A stretch of 64,000 nt of DNA from an uncultured Gemmatimonadaceae bacterium (GTDB lineage: Bacteria; Gemmatimonadota; Gemmatimonadetes; Gemmatimonadales; Gemmatimonadaceae). The position numbers and the translations under genes are program-made. The notes under the pieces were generated by a model that ran no database searches, had not been told where the DNA came from, and worked only from the letters and a program-made list of their open reading frames with translations. The DNA lies in the NCBI GenBank assembly GCA_963781585.1, contig CAWAGQ010000013.1, forward strand, positions 1 to 64,000. The letters run 5' to 3'. Positions 1 to 9,260 of this stretch are shown piece after piece; position 1 is the stretch's first letter; each line of letters starts with the position of its first letter.

Positions 1-2
1 TC

Positions 3-1366
3 GTGCGGGAGATGCTGTGGGACGAGATCGCGGTGGTGGGGTTCGCCGACGTGCGCGACGAGGCGATCGACCAGCGGCTCCACGCGGCCGGATACGTCGA
101 GATCTACGGCAAGCCGGTGGTCCCGGAGGAAGTCGCCGCCGGGATCAGGCAGGTTCTCCATCGGAAGGAACTCGCGAACCTCACGGGTCTCACCGGCGAG
201 TCGGAGGCGATCCGCGAGGTGCTGGTCCAGGTGGAGCAGATCGCTCCGGTGTCGAGCACGGTGCTCATCGAGGGCGAGAGTGGAACGGGGAAGGAGCTGG
301 TGGCGCGCGCCATCCACCGCCTCAGTCCCCGGCGCAACAAGCCGTTCATCGCGGTGAACGTGGGCGCGCTCCCCGAGACGCTGCTGGAGAGCGAGCTGTT
401 CGGGCACGAGAAGGGGTCGTTCACCGGCGCGGCGGAGCGGCGGCTGGGGCGGTTCGAGCTGGCGCACGGCGGCACGATCTTCCTCGACGAGATCGGCGAG
501 GTGCCGTCGTCCACGCAGGTGAAGCTGCTGCGGGTGCTGGAGGAGCGGGAGCTCACGCGCGTGGGGGGCGTGCAGGCGATCCCGGTGGACGTGCGGGTGG
601 TGGCGGCGGCGAACCTCCCGCTGCGCGACGCGGTGGAGCAGGGGGCATTCCGGGCCGACCTGTTCTACCGGCTGAACGTGCTCGCGCATCTATCTCCCGC
701 CGCTGCGCGAGCGCAAGGACGACATCCCGCTCCTGGTGCGGCGTTTCGTGGGCGAGATCACGCGGCAGCACGACCGGCCGTTCCACGGCATCTCGGCGGA
801 CGCGCTGGAGCTGCTGGTGGAGTATCCGTGGCCGGGGAACGTGCGCGAGCTGCGCAACCTGGTGGAGAGCATGGTGGTGCTGGCGCCGGGTCGGGAGATC
901 GGGCCGGACGGACATTCCGCCGCAGATCCGCGACGCCGGCGCCGCGCGGTTCCTGCCGGTGCATCTGGGTCCCATGCTGCGGGAGCGGGCCGGGACCGAG
1001 GGGCGCGAGCTGGAGTTCATCCTCCGGAGCCTGGTGGAGCTCAAGCTGCACGTTGAGGAGTTGCGCCGCCGGGTGGACGATCTGAGCTCGGCGTCGTCGG
1101 CGTGGCTGGGCGAGGTGCGGCCGCAGGTTGCGTTGCCGGCCGCGTCAGGGATCGAGGCGCGGGATGCGGCGCCGCCGCCCAATACGGCCACGATCAAGGC
1201 GGGGATGAGCATGGCGGACGTGGAGCGCGCGGCGATCGAGGTGGCGCTCAGGGAGACGCGTGGGAACCGGCGGAAGGCGGCAGAGATGTTGCAGATCGGG
1301 GAGCGGACGCTGTACCGGAAGCTGAGGGAGTACCAGCTGCCGGTAGACGAAGTCGTCCTTGATTAA
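3..1366 (+). CDS. Sigma-54-dependent transcriptional regulator (AAA+ and Fis-type HTH), 5'-partial, two apparent frameshifts near 690 and 910
   Basis: GESGTGKE Walker A, ESELFGHEKGSFTGA, FLDEIGE, FRADLFYRLNV; continues in other frames as WPGNVRELRN and GNRRKAAEMLQIGERTLYRKL. Confidence 0.93.
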   Translation, partial: AGDAVGRDRGGGVRRRARRGDRPAAPRGRIRRDLRQAGGPGGSRRRDQAGSPSEGTREPHGSHRRVGGDPRGAGPGGADRSGVEHGAHRGREWNGEGAGGARHPPPQSPAQQAVHRGERGRAPRDAAGERAVRAREGVVHRRGGAAAGAVRAGARRHDLPRRDRRGAVVHAGEAAAGAGGAGAHARGGRAGDPGGRAGGGGGEPPAARRGGAGGIPGRPVLPAERARASISRRCASARTTSRSWCGVSWARSRGSTTGRSTASRRTRWSCWWSIRGRGTCASCATWWRAWWCWRRVGRSGRTDIPPQIRDAGAARFLPVHLGPMLRERAGTEGRELEFILRSLVELKLHVEELRRRVDDLSSASSAWLGEVRPQVALPAASGIEARDAAPPPNTATIKAGMSMADVERAAIEVALRETRGNRRKAAEMLQIGERTLYRKLREYQLPVDEVVLD

Positions 1367-1471
1367 TGCCGCTGCCGGCGGCATAATTTCGGCGCCGCCT
1401 AACCTGTTGAATTACAATCGCCTAAGCCTCGGGGTCCATGCAACGTCTGCGCGGTTGCGCGGGCGTTTCTG

Positions 1472-2245
1472 GTGCAGACGAATCGGGAGCACGCGATGAT
1501 GGTACCTCAGCCGCAGCCGTCCGCGATCGCGGGTAGCGTCCTGCCAATCAAGCGGGCGGAGGAGCTGTTGCAGACGTTGCCGGGGATCATTGCGGCGCGG
1601 ATCATCGCGGGTGAGACGGGGGCGGTGGACGAGATCCATGTGCTGACGTCCAATGAGGTTACGCCCAAGCAGACAGTAAGAAATATCGAGAGTGCGCTGA
1701 TTGCGCATCTCGGGATGCGTGTGGACCACCGGAAGATTTCGGTGGCGACGAGCCTGGAGCCCAGGAGGGCTCCGGAGCCGAAAGTGGAGGAGGCGCCGCC
1801 GGGCGCGCCGGTGGTGCCGGGAGCCCCGCCTGCTCAAGTGGAGGGTGTGGAGCGCCGAGACTTCCTGTTCGAGGATGTGGAGGTGCGGCGGTCGCGGGCG
1901 AAGGGCATTTCGTGTCGCGTGACGCTTACAAAGGGTGATCAGTCTTTCATCGGGGAAGCTGAGGGGTTGGAGACCGAGCGTTCGCGGGTGGAGTTGGCGG
2001 CGCGGGCGGCATTGCGGGCGATCGCGGACGGTGAGCCGACGGCGCGGTCGTTGGACCTCAGCGGGGCGCGGGTGGTGGATGCATTCGAGAGAGAGTTCGC
2101 CTTTGTGGGTGTGATGGCGCAGCTGGCGCGTGAGTCGTCGTTGTTGACGGGGACGTGTGAGGTGAAGGACAGTCCCGAGACGGCGAGTGTGCTGGCGGTG
2201 CTGGACGCGACGAATCGTTGGCTGGCGCATCCCCGGCGCATGTAG
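1472..2245 (+). CDS. Conserved hypothetical two-domain protein
   Basis: Clean 257-aa ORF; EIHVLT...PKQTVRNIESAL...VDHRKISVA segment, Pro-rich linker, second alpha/beta domain ending AVLDATNR. Confidence 0.8.
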   Translation: MQTNREHAMMVPQPQPSAIAGSVLPIKRAEELLQTLPGIIAARIIAGETGAVDEIHVLTSNEVTPKQTVRNIESALIAHLGMRVDHRKISVATSLEPRRAPEPKVEEAPPGAPVVPGAPPAQVEGVERRDFLFEDVEVRRSRAKGISCRVTLTKGDQSFIGEAEGLETERSRVELAARAALRAIADGEPTARSLDLSGARVVDAFEREFAFVGVMAQLARESSLLTGTCEVKDSPETASVLAVLDATNRWLAHPRRM

Positions 2246-2446
2246 CGTGCGCGGTGGCCGGCTGACTGGAGCAGGAGTCAGACAACCGGCAAAGAGGCGC
2301 GCGCGAAACCTAACGACAATTGAGCCCCCCGTTCCCGCTCGAGCGAAGGTAAGCGGGACCGGAAGTGTGTAGTACGAGCGGAGCCGACCGAAGGTCGCAT
2401 ATCCGAGTCAGGGTATGACGTTTTCCTAAGGGAGGTGACGCTGCTT

Positions 2447-2494
2447 ATGGAGTGGCTTCTTGCGCTCTTAAGTCAATGGGTTAGTTGGACGTAG
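2447..2494 (+). CDS. Small 15-aa Trp-rich hydrophobic peptide MEWLLALLSQWVSWT (below the ORF-track cut-off)
   Basis: AAGGGAGGTGA Shine-Dalgarno at 2428-2438, 8 nt before ATG 2447; TAG at 2492-2494. Confidence 0.65.
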   Translation: MEWLLALLSQWVSWT

Positions 2495-2565
2495 TGAGGA
2501 GCGGGGGGCAGTCACTCTGTGCAAGAACGAAGAGTTGAACTCTGACTTGACGTCGACAATCTCAA

Positions 2566-4029
2566 GTGGTCGCGAGCCGCTGTGGTCCACTACCGACGGG
2601 GCATCCGGAAGCAATTTGCGCTGTGATTGAGAATCGAGCTGTACTGCCCCGACTCAAGCCGCGTCCGTGGAGTCGCCTGACCGAACGCGCGCGCGTTGAT
2701 CGCGTGAGCGATCAGAATGCGAATCGCGCGATCCCTCTCGCGTGCGCCATAGCGCTACTCGCCGCGTTGGCCTTGTGGAAAGTGTCGAGGGGTGATCACC
2801 GTCTCGACGCGCACTCGATTGAGCTGGCTCTCACGCTCGTGGCCGTCGGGCTTGGGGCCGAGTTGCTCTCATACAATGCGACTCGCGCTGCTGCCGGCTC
2901 TATTGCATTGATGCCGTTTGCCGCGGCTGCTCTTCTAGCGCCCCATAGTCTCGCTGTTGCCGCCGTCGTAGCCGCAGAACTGGTAGTGCAGCTCCTGCAT
3001 CGGCGCTCCTGGGTCAAGTCGCTCTTCAACCTTGCCCAGTTCGCCCTAGGCATTTCGAGCGGAATCCTCGCGTATCGCCTGGCAGGAGGCTTCGAGTTTG
3101 CAGAAGTTGTTGGCGAGTCGTTCTTTGCAGCCGCCAAGGACCTGCTGTTGCCGACAACTTTCCTGGTAACGGCTATGCTGCTGGTAAACACCTTGAGCGT
3201 CAGTGCCGCAATTGCCGTGACGACCCGGAAGTCCCTGTTCGAGGTCTGGTATCAGATTACACGGGCCACAACAAAATTCTCCTTCTTGTTGGTGCTCTTG
3301 GCCTTCTATTTGACATGGTTGAGCCTCAACCTCGGAATAATGGGCACAGCCGGTCTGGTCATGCCGATGATCGCTGTGCGCCAGCTATATCGGAACACGG
3401 TTGAGCTAACGAATGTCACTGAGGAGTTGCTTGACCTGATGGTCGCTACAGTTGAGGCACGGGATCCCTACACTTCAGGACATAGCCAGCGGGTGGCTCG
3501 AGGCTCTGAAATCATCGCGCGCGCTCTTGGCCTCAGCGATTTGGACGTCGAGCGCGTGTCCATCGCTGCGCTGCTTCACGACGTGGGGAAGATCGACGAG
3601 CGGTTCGCCCCAATTCTAGCGAAGGAGGGGAGGCTTACTCCGGAGGAATGGGCCATCATGAAGGTGCATCCCATTCGAAGTGCAGAGTTGGTTGGAAAGC
3701 TCTCCACCTTGCGCGACATCGTCCCTTCTGTTCGGCATCACCATGAAAACTGGGATGGGACTGGATACCCAGATGGGATCCGAGGCGCAGAGATTCCAGC
3801 CGCATCAAGGATCATCATGTTCGCCGACACGCTGGATGCGATAACCACCGATCGCCCCTACAGGAAGGCCTTGGGAATCGAGGAGGCTCGCGCCGAGTTC
3901 ATTCGGTTCAGAGGAAAGCAGTTCGATCCTGAAATCTGCGATGCGGTGGTCTCACGCGATGTCTGGGCGGAGCTGTATACCTGCTTCGGAGACCAGAGCC
4001 GGGCCAGAAGTCACGCTGTAGCCTCATAG
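2566..4029 (+). CDS. Membrane-bound HD-GYP cyclic-dinucleotide phosphodiesterase (true start probably near 2704)
   Basis: Multiple N-terminal hydrophobic helices; RDPYTSGHSQRV, LLHDVGK, HHENWDGTGYPDG, DRPYRKAL. Confidence 0.92.
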   Translation: MVASRCGPLPTGHPEAICAVIENRAVLPRLKPRPWSRLTERARVDRVSDQNANRAIPLACAIALLAALALWKVSRGDHRLDAHSIELALTLVAVGLGAELLSYNATRAAAGSIALMPFAAAALLAPHSLAVAAVVAAELVVQLLHRRSWVKSLFNLAQFALGISSGILAYRLAGGFEFAEVVGESFFAAAKDLLLPTTFLVTAMLLVNTLSVSAAIAVTTRKSLFEVWYQITRATTKFSFLLVLLAFYLTWLSLNLGIMGTAGLVMPMIAVRQLYRNTVELTNVTEELLDLMVATVEARDPYTSGHSQRVARGSEIIARALGLSDLDVERVSIAALLHDVGKIDERFAPILAKEGRLTPEEWAIMKVHPIRSAELVGKLSTLRDIVPSVRHHHENWDGTGYPDGIRGAEIPAASRIIMFADTLDAITTDRPYRKALGIEEARAEFIRFRGKQFDPEICDAVVSRDVWAELYTCFGDQSRARSHAVAS

Positions 4030-7000
4030 CACTCAATTCCTAGCTCGGCCGCAATCCGACGAAGGGATAGAGGTAGGCCTCCGCGATCGCGCCTCGTCAC
4101 GCGCAAGTAGTCTGTAAGGATCGATCGCGCAACGTCCGGTCGGCCCGTGCTGGCTAGGCCGCGAGCCAAGACGGCGACTGGATAGTCCTGACACCCAAGC
4201 GCGCTCAGAGACGGATGGAGCTCGAGAAGCCGCGACAGCGCTACGGATGCTGACTGGTTCTCTCTCAGTACCAGCCCGGCGGCTAACTGGGAGGCTAGAA
4301 GCACTTGTAGTGGTCGTTTCAGCCTTAGCAGCGGGCTTGCATCGATCATGAGGTCAGCACGGTCGGTCAGGCTGCTAGGATCGTCGGCTTCGAACGCAAG
4401 TCGAGCTTCGAGCTCGAAGACCATCGCGCGGGAGAAGTATGTGGGGTGCGCGGCATCGATCTCTCGCGCTGCCGCCAAAGATTCGCGAGCCTTCTCGAAG
4501 TCGGCCATGTCTAGCGAGATGAAGCCGAGGAGCTCGATGGCCGTGAAGGCGCCGTCTGTAATCCTGAGTCGCTTGGCGATGGCAAGCGACTCGTAGCAGA
4601 GCTCGCGAGCGAGCGAATAGCTACCCGTCCGGCGATACGAGTACGCAGCAAGTCGTAGGAGGGAAACTCTCTTTGACGGATCAAGAATGGCGAGAGCCTG
4701 TGTCACGAGTTGTCCAGCGGCCCGGTCCGCAACATCGATGTCGCCAAACCCGGTGTGAAATACCATCTCGATTGTGAGCCGCTTGGCCACATCATCGAAG
4801 GAAGACTCCGTTACGCTTCTCGAAGCGTCGTAGTACGAGCGAGCTGCAATCGGGTCCGCGTCGTTGTCGGCATGCATCAAGCCCAGGATGGCGGCGTCAA
4901 GTCGATGGGCGTCTGACGCGCTTTGGCTCCTGATGCACAACTCTAGGTCTGCCGGAAGCTGTCCGAAGGTACCAGCCGAATGGTAGTGTGCCTCGAATTC
5001 AAGTAGCTCAAGATCATCGTGCGTCCGGTGACTCGGAGAATTCTGGACTGACGATCGGATCTGTCTTGCAATGTCAAGGAGGCGGTCCCAGTCACGGAGA
5101 ATCCGACTTCCACGCGCCGTAGCGAGCAAGATCCTGTGATGGTCCGCAGGCCCTGGGCAGTGAGCGTCAACGTCGTCCAGCACCCGAATGGCCTCTACGG
5201 CGAGGCCAGCTGACAACAGCTTCTCGGCAAGAGTCACAGCAAGTCGAGTTCCGCGTTCTGGGGCACCGGCGCACTTCCAATGATGGACGCACTGCCAGAG
5301 ATCCGGGACGGCTCGGCGCTTCGCAACCTCCCGAGATAGCAGCAGCGCAGCCTTCCTGTGTAGCCATCGTAGGGCGACCGACGGCGTCCGCTTTACAACC
5401 GCCTCGCGCAGGATCTCGTGGCGACACATCACGAGATTCTCGCTTGACGAGATCAGTCCGGCGGACTCAAGTTCCGAAACGGCGTCTAGCAAGGGGAACC
5501 CCAATGGGTCGACCATGCGTTCTAGCCGATCCATTGTTGAAAGCGATCCAAGAACTGCGCACGCCTGAAGGAGCTGGAAGGATGATTTGCTTAACAGGCC
5601 AAGCCTCTGTTCCAACAGTGCCTGAACTGATACAGGAAGCTCGGCTGCCGAGGAGAGGTCGCGGCGGTACCTGAGCAGTTCGATTAGAAAGTAGGGATTA
5701 CCACTCGACAGAGAGACCACGCGTTCTTTCGCGGCGGCCTCGACGATCACGCCATTCCGAACACTGTACTCTTTAACGAGTTCGGCAGCGCCGGCATCAG
5801 AGAGCGGGCCTAACCGGTGATGGATGCTTCGCTCGAACAAGCCCCTTAGCTTCTCAGACGCATTCGGACTTGCGGGGTCCCGAGCGCACAGGAGCAGGGC
5901 GAAAGGTTGCTTGTCGAAGACTTGAGCAAGATCCTCAAAGACGAGTAGGCTCGCCGGATCCGCATTCTGCAAGTCGTCGATGTGCAGGAGGAGAGGGCCT
6001 TCGCTGACAATCGCGTCTAGCAGGTCCCGGATTGCCCAACGAACCGACGCAAAACGGGTCTCTGCGTCCGAAGGCATCGCCGGGTCATCAATTCGTTCTT
6101 CGGTGCTCGGCGAGATCCACCGGAGGCATTCAAGCGCCTCGGGAGCGCAACCCAGCGCGCCGGGTAGGGCGAACAGTCGAGGTACCAACTCCGTCAATGT
6201 CGCGAGGGGTTGGTTCCGATTGCTAGGCTGCGTACTCATGCTCAACACACGCGCGCCCTGCAGCCGCACGATGCGGCAACACTCTCTCGCCAGCCGGGTC
6301 TTACCGATTCCGCCCTGCCCCGAGATGACGTACGAGATGCATTTCGGGCTCCTCAGGCGCTGGAGCGACGACACAACGCGTTCGACATCGCTTTCTCGTC
6401 CGATCAGGGATAGCTCGCGTCCTGCGAGTTCAGAGAATGCGATTCCATCCGCGATCCGCTCCCTCAGCACCTCCCCGGAAACCCGGAGTTCGACACCGTA
6501 ATGTCCCACTTCGCGCACGTACCGATCGATCATCCCCACCGCCTCCGCCTTCCCTCCGGCCAGCGCAATCGCTTCCGCCAACGCCAGTGTCGCCTCCTCG
6601 TTCAGCGGATCCAGCGCAATGCAGTGCCGCGCCAAGCGCTCCACCTCCGTATACCGCCCCCGCGCACGCATCTCCGCGATCGCGCGCACCAGACCGCGCC
6701 GCAGCTGCGCCCCGATCTCGCTCCGAAACTCCTCTACCCACCGCGTAAATGGAGCAGAAAACCGTGGGGTGTAGCCGGGGAGCACCGACACGTCGCTCAG
6801 CGCTGCGTACGCACTCGACGATGCCCCCTCGGCGATTACCGGTGTGTAATCCGACGCGACCATTCGCTCGTCGAGCATCGTAGTCTTCGCTCCGCTCCGC
6901 ACCGGCACACCCACCGCTCGCAGCCGATACAACGCCTGACGCAGACAGTGCCGCGCCCCCTCCAGGTCCTGCTCCGGCCAGAACAGCCCCGCGACCTCGT

Positions 7001-7139
7001 CTCGCGGTACATCGCGCCCCGCATTCGCGCAGTAGAACAACGCGAGCCCAAACTGACGCTCGGCCTCCGGCGTCAACCGGATCCCTTCCGTCCGAATGTC
7101 GGTCTGGCCGAGAATGCCGCAGTAGACTGTGCGCTCCAT
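4011..7139 (-). CDS. BTAD (SARP-like) + AAA/STAND ATPase + TPR-like regulator
   Basis: RDEVAGLFWPE...ARHCLRQALYRLR; ALDPLNEEA; LIGRE, GQGGIGKT Walker A, IDDLQNAD Walker B, SGNPYFLIEL; helical C-terminus. Confidence 0.88.
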   Translation of the reverse strand: MERTVYCGILGQTDIRTEGIRLTPEAERQFGLALFYCANAGRDVPRDEVAGLFWPEQDLEGARHCLRQALYRLRAVGVPVRSGAKTTMLDERMVASDYTPVIAEGASSSAYAALSDVSVLPGYTPRFSAPFTRWVEEFRSEIGAQLRRGLVRAIAEMRARGRYTEVERLARHCIALDPLNEEATLALAEAIALAGGKAEAVGMIDRYVREVGHYGVELRVSGEVLRERIADGIAFSELAGRELSLIGRESDVERVVSSLQRLRSPKCISYVISGQGGIGKTRLARECCRIVRLQGARVLSMSTQPSNRNQPLATLTELVPRLFALPGALGCAPEALECLRWISPSTEERIDDPAMPSDAETRFASVRWAIRDLLDAIVSEGPLLLHIDDLQNADPASLLVFEDLAQVFDKQPFALLLCARDPASPNASEKLRGLFERSIHHRLGPLSDAGAAELVKEYSVRNGVIVEAAAKERVVSLSSGNPYFLIELLRYRRDLSSAAELPVSVQALLEQRLGLLSKSSFQLLQACAVLGSLSTMDRLERMVDPLGFPLLDAVSELESAGLISSSENLVMCRHEILREAVVKRTPSVALRWLHRKAALLLSREVAKRRAVPDLWQCVHHWKCAGAPERGTRLAVTLAEKLLSAGLAVEAIRVLDDVDAHCPGPADHHRILLATARGSRILRDWDRLLDIARQIRSSVQNSPSHRTHDDLELLEFEAHYHSAGTFGQLPADLELCIRSQSASDAHRLDAAILGLMHADNDADPIAARSYYDASRSVTESSFDDVAKRLTIEMVFHTGFGDIDVADRAAGQLVTQALAILDPSKRVSLLRLAAYSYRRTGSYSLARELCYESLAIAKRLRITDGAFTAIELLGFISLDMADFEKARESLAAAREIDAAHPTYFSRAMVFELEARLAFEADDPSSLTDRADLMIDASPLLRLKRPLQVLLASQLAAGLVLRENQSASVALSRLLELHPSLSALGCQDYPVAVLARGLASTGRPDVARSILTDYLRVTRRDRGGLPLSLRRIAAELGIECYEATA

Positions 7140-7388
7140 GCCGGTTTACTCCCCCCGCGAATCCTGCCGCATCCGACGTGAGCACCTGCGCGTCACGCTG
7201 GCGTCACATGAAGGGGTGACATGACACGTCCGTTGGGGCGGCCGCAAGAGACGGGGAAGGGGCGCCGCGGATCGAACCGAAGGCGGGCCGAAGGTCGCCC
7301 GCACCCCCGAAGGGGGCTAGAAGGGGAGCACCGATGGATTCCCGCGCATGGCTCGAGCCCGACGGGAGCCGAGCACGCCGCGCCCCGA

Positions 7389-8414
7389 TTAGGCCTTCAG
7401 CACCAGCTCCACCAGCCGGTCGGCCCCCACCCCTTCAGCCTCCGCCTGGAAGTTCAGCACGATCCGGTGACGCAACACTGCCATCGCCACCCCGCGCACG
7501 TCGTCCAGGTCCGGCACCGACCGGCCGTCCATCGCCGCCCGCGCCTTGGCCCCCAGCGTGAGATACTGCGACGCCCGCGGACCAGCGCCATAGCTCACGT
7601 ACTTCCTGATCTCGCCTAACGCGCCGGGCTCCGTGGGACGCGTGGAACGCGCCAGCGCCACGGCGAACTTCACCAGCGTGGGCGGCGCCGGAATCCGCCG
7701 CACCAGATGCTGCAGCTCGATCACCTCCGCCCCCGTCAACACCGGCCGGATCACCGCCTCCGTATCACCCGTCGTCGACGACACGATCAGCTCCTCCTCA
7801 GCCACCGACGGATACTGCACCCGGAGCTCGAACATGAACCGGTCCAGCTGCGCCTCCGGCAACGGATACGTCGCCTCCTGCTCGATGGGGTTCTGCGTGG
7901 CCAGCACGAAAAACGGCGCCGGCAGCTTGTACGTCTGCCCCGCCACCGTCACCGACCGCTCCTGCATCGCCTGCAATAGCGCGGCCTGCGTCTTGGGCGG
8001 CGCCCGGTTGATCTCGTCCGCCAACACCACGTTCCCGAACACCGGACCCTGCACGAACTTGAAGATCCGCTTCCCCGTCGCGTGATCCTCCTCCAGCAGC
8101 TCGGTCCCCGTGATGTCGCTCGGCATCAGATCGGGCGTGAACTGCACGCGCGAAAACGTGAGATCGAGCGCCTCCGACACCGTCTGCACCAAGAGCGTCT
8201 TCGCCAGCCCCGGCACCCCCACGATCATTACGTGACCGCTCGCGAGAATCGCCGCCACCAGGTTCTCCACCACCTCCTGGTGCCCGATGATCCGGCGCGC
8301 GATCTGACCCGTGAGCGACGTCCGCGCCACCGCGAGCTTCTCCAGCAGCTCGAGATCGTGCGCGTCATCCATCCGCTGCGAGGACGATGCGGCCTGCGTT
8401 GCCACGACTGGCAT
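7389..8414 (-). CDS. MoxR family AAA+ ATPase
   Basis: GVPGLAKT, RVQFTPDLMPSDITG, DEINRAPPKTQAALL, ATQNPIEQE. Confidence 0.95.
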   Translation of the reverse strand: MPVVATQAASSSQRMDDAHDLELLEKLAVARTSLTGQIARRIIGHQEVVENLVAAILASGHVMIVGVPGLAKTLLVQTVSEALDLTFSRVQFTPDLMPSDITGTELLEEDHATGKRIFKFVQGPVFGNVVLADEINRAPPKTQAALLQAMQERSVTVAGQTYKLPAPFFVLATQNPIEQEATYPLPEAQLDRFMFELRVQYPSVAEEELIVSSTTGDTEAVIRPVLTGAEVIELQHLVRRIPAPPTLVKFAVALARSTRPTEPGALGEIRKYVSYGAGPRASQYLTLGAKARAAMDGRSVPDLDDVRGVAMAVLRHRIVLNFQAEAEGVGADRLVELVLKA

Positions 8415-8554
8415 GCCCCTGAGTGAGGTCCCGGAAATTAACCGCCGCCACACGAGGGGTTAAGGGAGCCCGGCCATGCATCCATCACGCACGAACGGCG
8501 CGCCACACCGGCGCGCCGCCCATGTACCGCGTGCTCCCTGGATACCGCGCGCGC

Positions 8555-9002
8555 TCAGGGGAGCGCGAAATCCACCCGGTGCTCCAGCGGATGATTCTCG
8601 CTCATCAGCGAAGCCACCGCCACGTACTGGCCGTGATGCTGCGCCGGATCCCAGCGCGCCTCGTACGTCATCGTCTCGCTCGTGTCGAGCAGCGTGTTCT
8701 GCATCACCTGCGTGAACAGCCGCCCGTCGCTCCAGCGCCAGACCTCGTGCCCGATGGAATCCAGTACCACGATGTCGTGCGTCTTCCCCGACGGGAAAAC
8801 GGATCTCGAGCTGCTTCCCCGCGTTGTTGGTCACATGGAACGCGAACGCGACGTGATCGTTCACGCGCACATCGAGCGACGACGCCACCGCCGGTCCCTC
8901 CACCGCCTGCTTCCGCGCCGGCTCGGCGGATGGCGAGTGCGGACCGCACGACAACGCGAGCGCCGCTGCCGCGAAAAGGCCGAGGATCAAACGACTGCGC
9001 AT
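8555..9002 (-). CDS. BsuPI-like (proteinase inhibitor fold) lipoprotein, frameshift near 8795
   Basis: Lipobox ALSC; TNNAGKQLEIRFP joins in another frame to VLDSIGHEVWRWSDGRLFTQ. Confidence 0.7.
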
Positions 9003-9217
9003 GAAACCGTTGTGGGGATGAATCGACGTGACGCGGGCTGGACGAACGGGAAGGTACAGGGCGACGGCGGCCAAATTAGTGATGTCTGTCACACCTGTCA
9101 AGAAATGGGAATCCGCTAAGGCATCGGCAGCCAGGCCATCTTCACGCGCTCACCTGAAGCCAGATCTTCCCCCTTGCGGGTCCGCATATCACAAAAATTG
9201 CGTCACCGTCCGGTTGC

Positions 9218-9246
9218 TTGCGAAAAATTTCACAAAGTCCTAGATT
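9218..9246 (+). promoter_or_regulatory. Sigma-70 promoter of the atp operon overlapped by a Rex-type operator
   Basis: TTGCGA-17 nt-TAGATT; palindrome TTGCGAA-AAAT-TTCACAA at 9218-9235. Confidence 0.65.
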
Positions 9247-9260
9247 CCCGCCCGGCATGG

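Noticed and set aside
1380..1393. GG-N10-GC (GGCATAATTTCGGC) as a sigma-54 promoter
   Set aside because: Lacks TTGC at -12 and overlaps a hairpin after the stop codon; too weak in GC-rich DNA
2285..2330. c-di-GMP-I riboswitch upstream of the HD-GYP gene
   Set aside because: GGCAAA is present but the GACGCAAAGC-type second half and P2 stem are not
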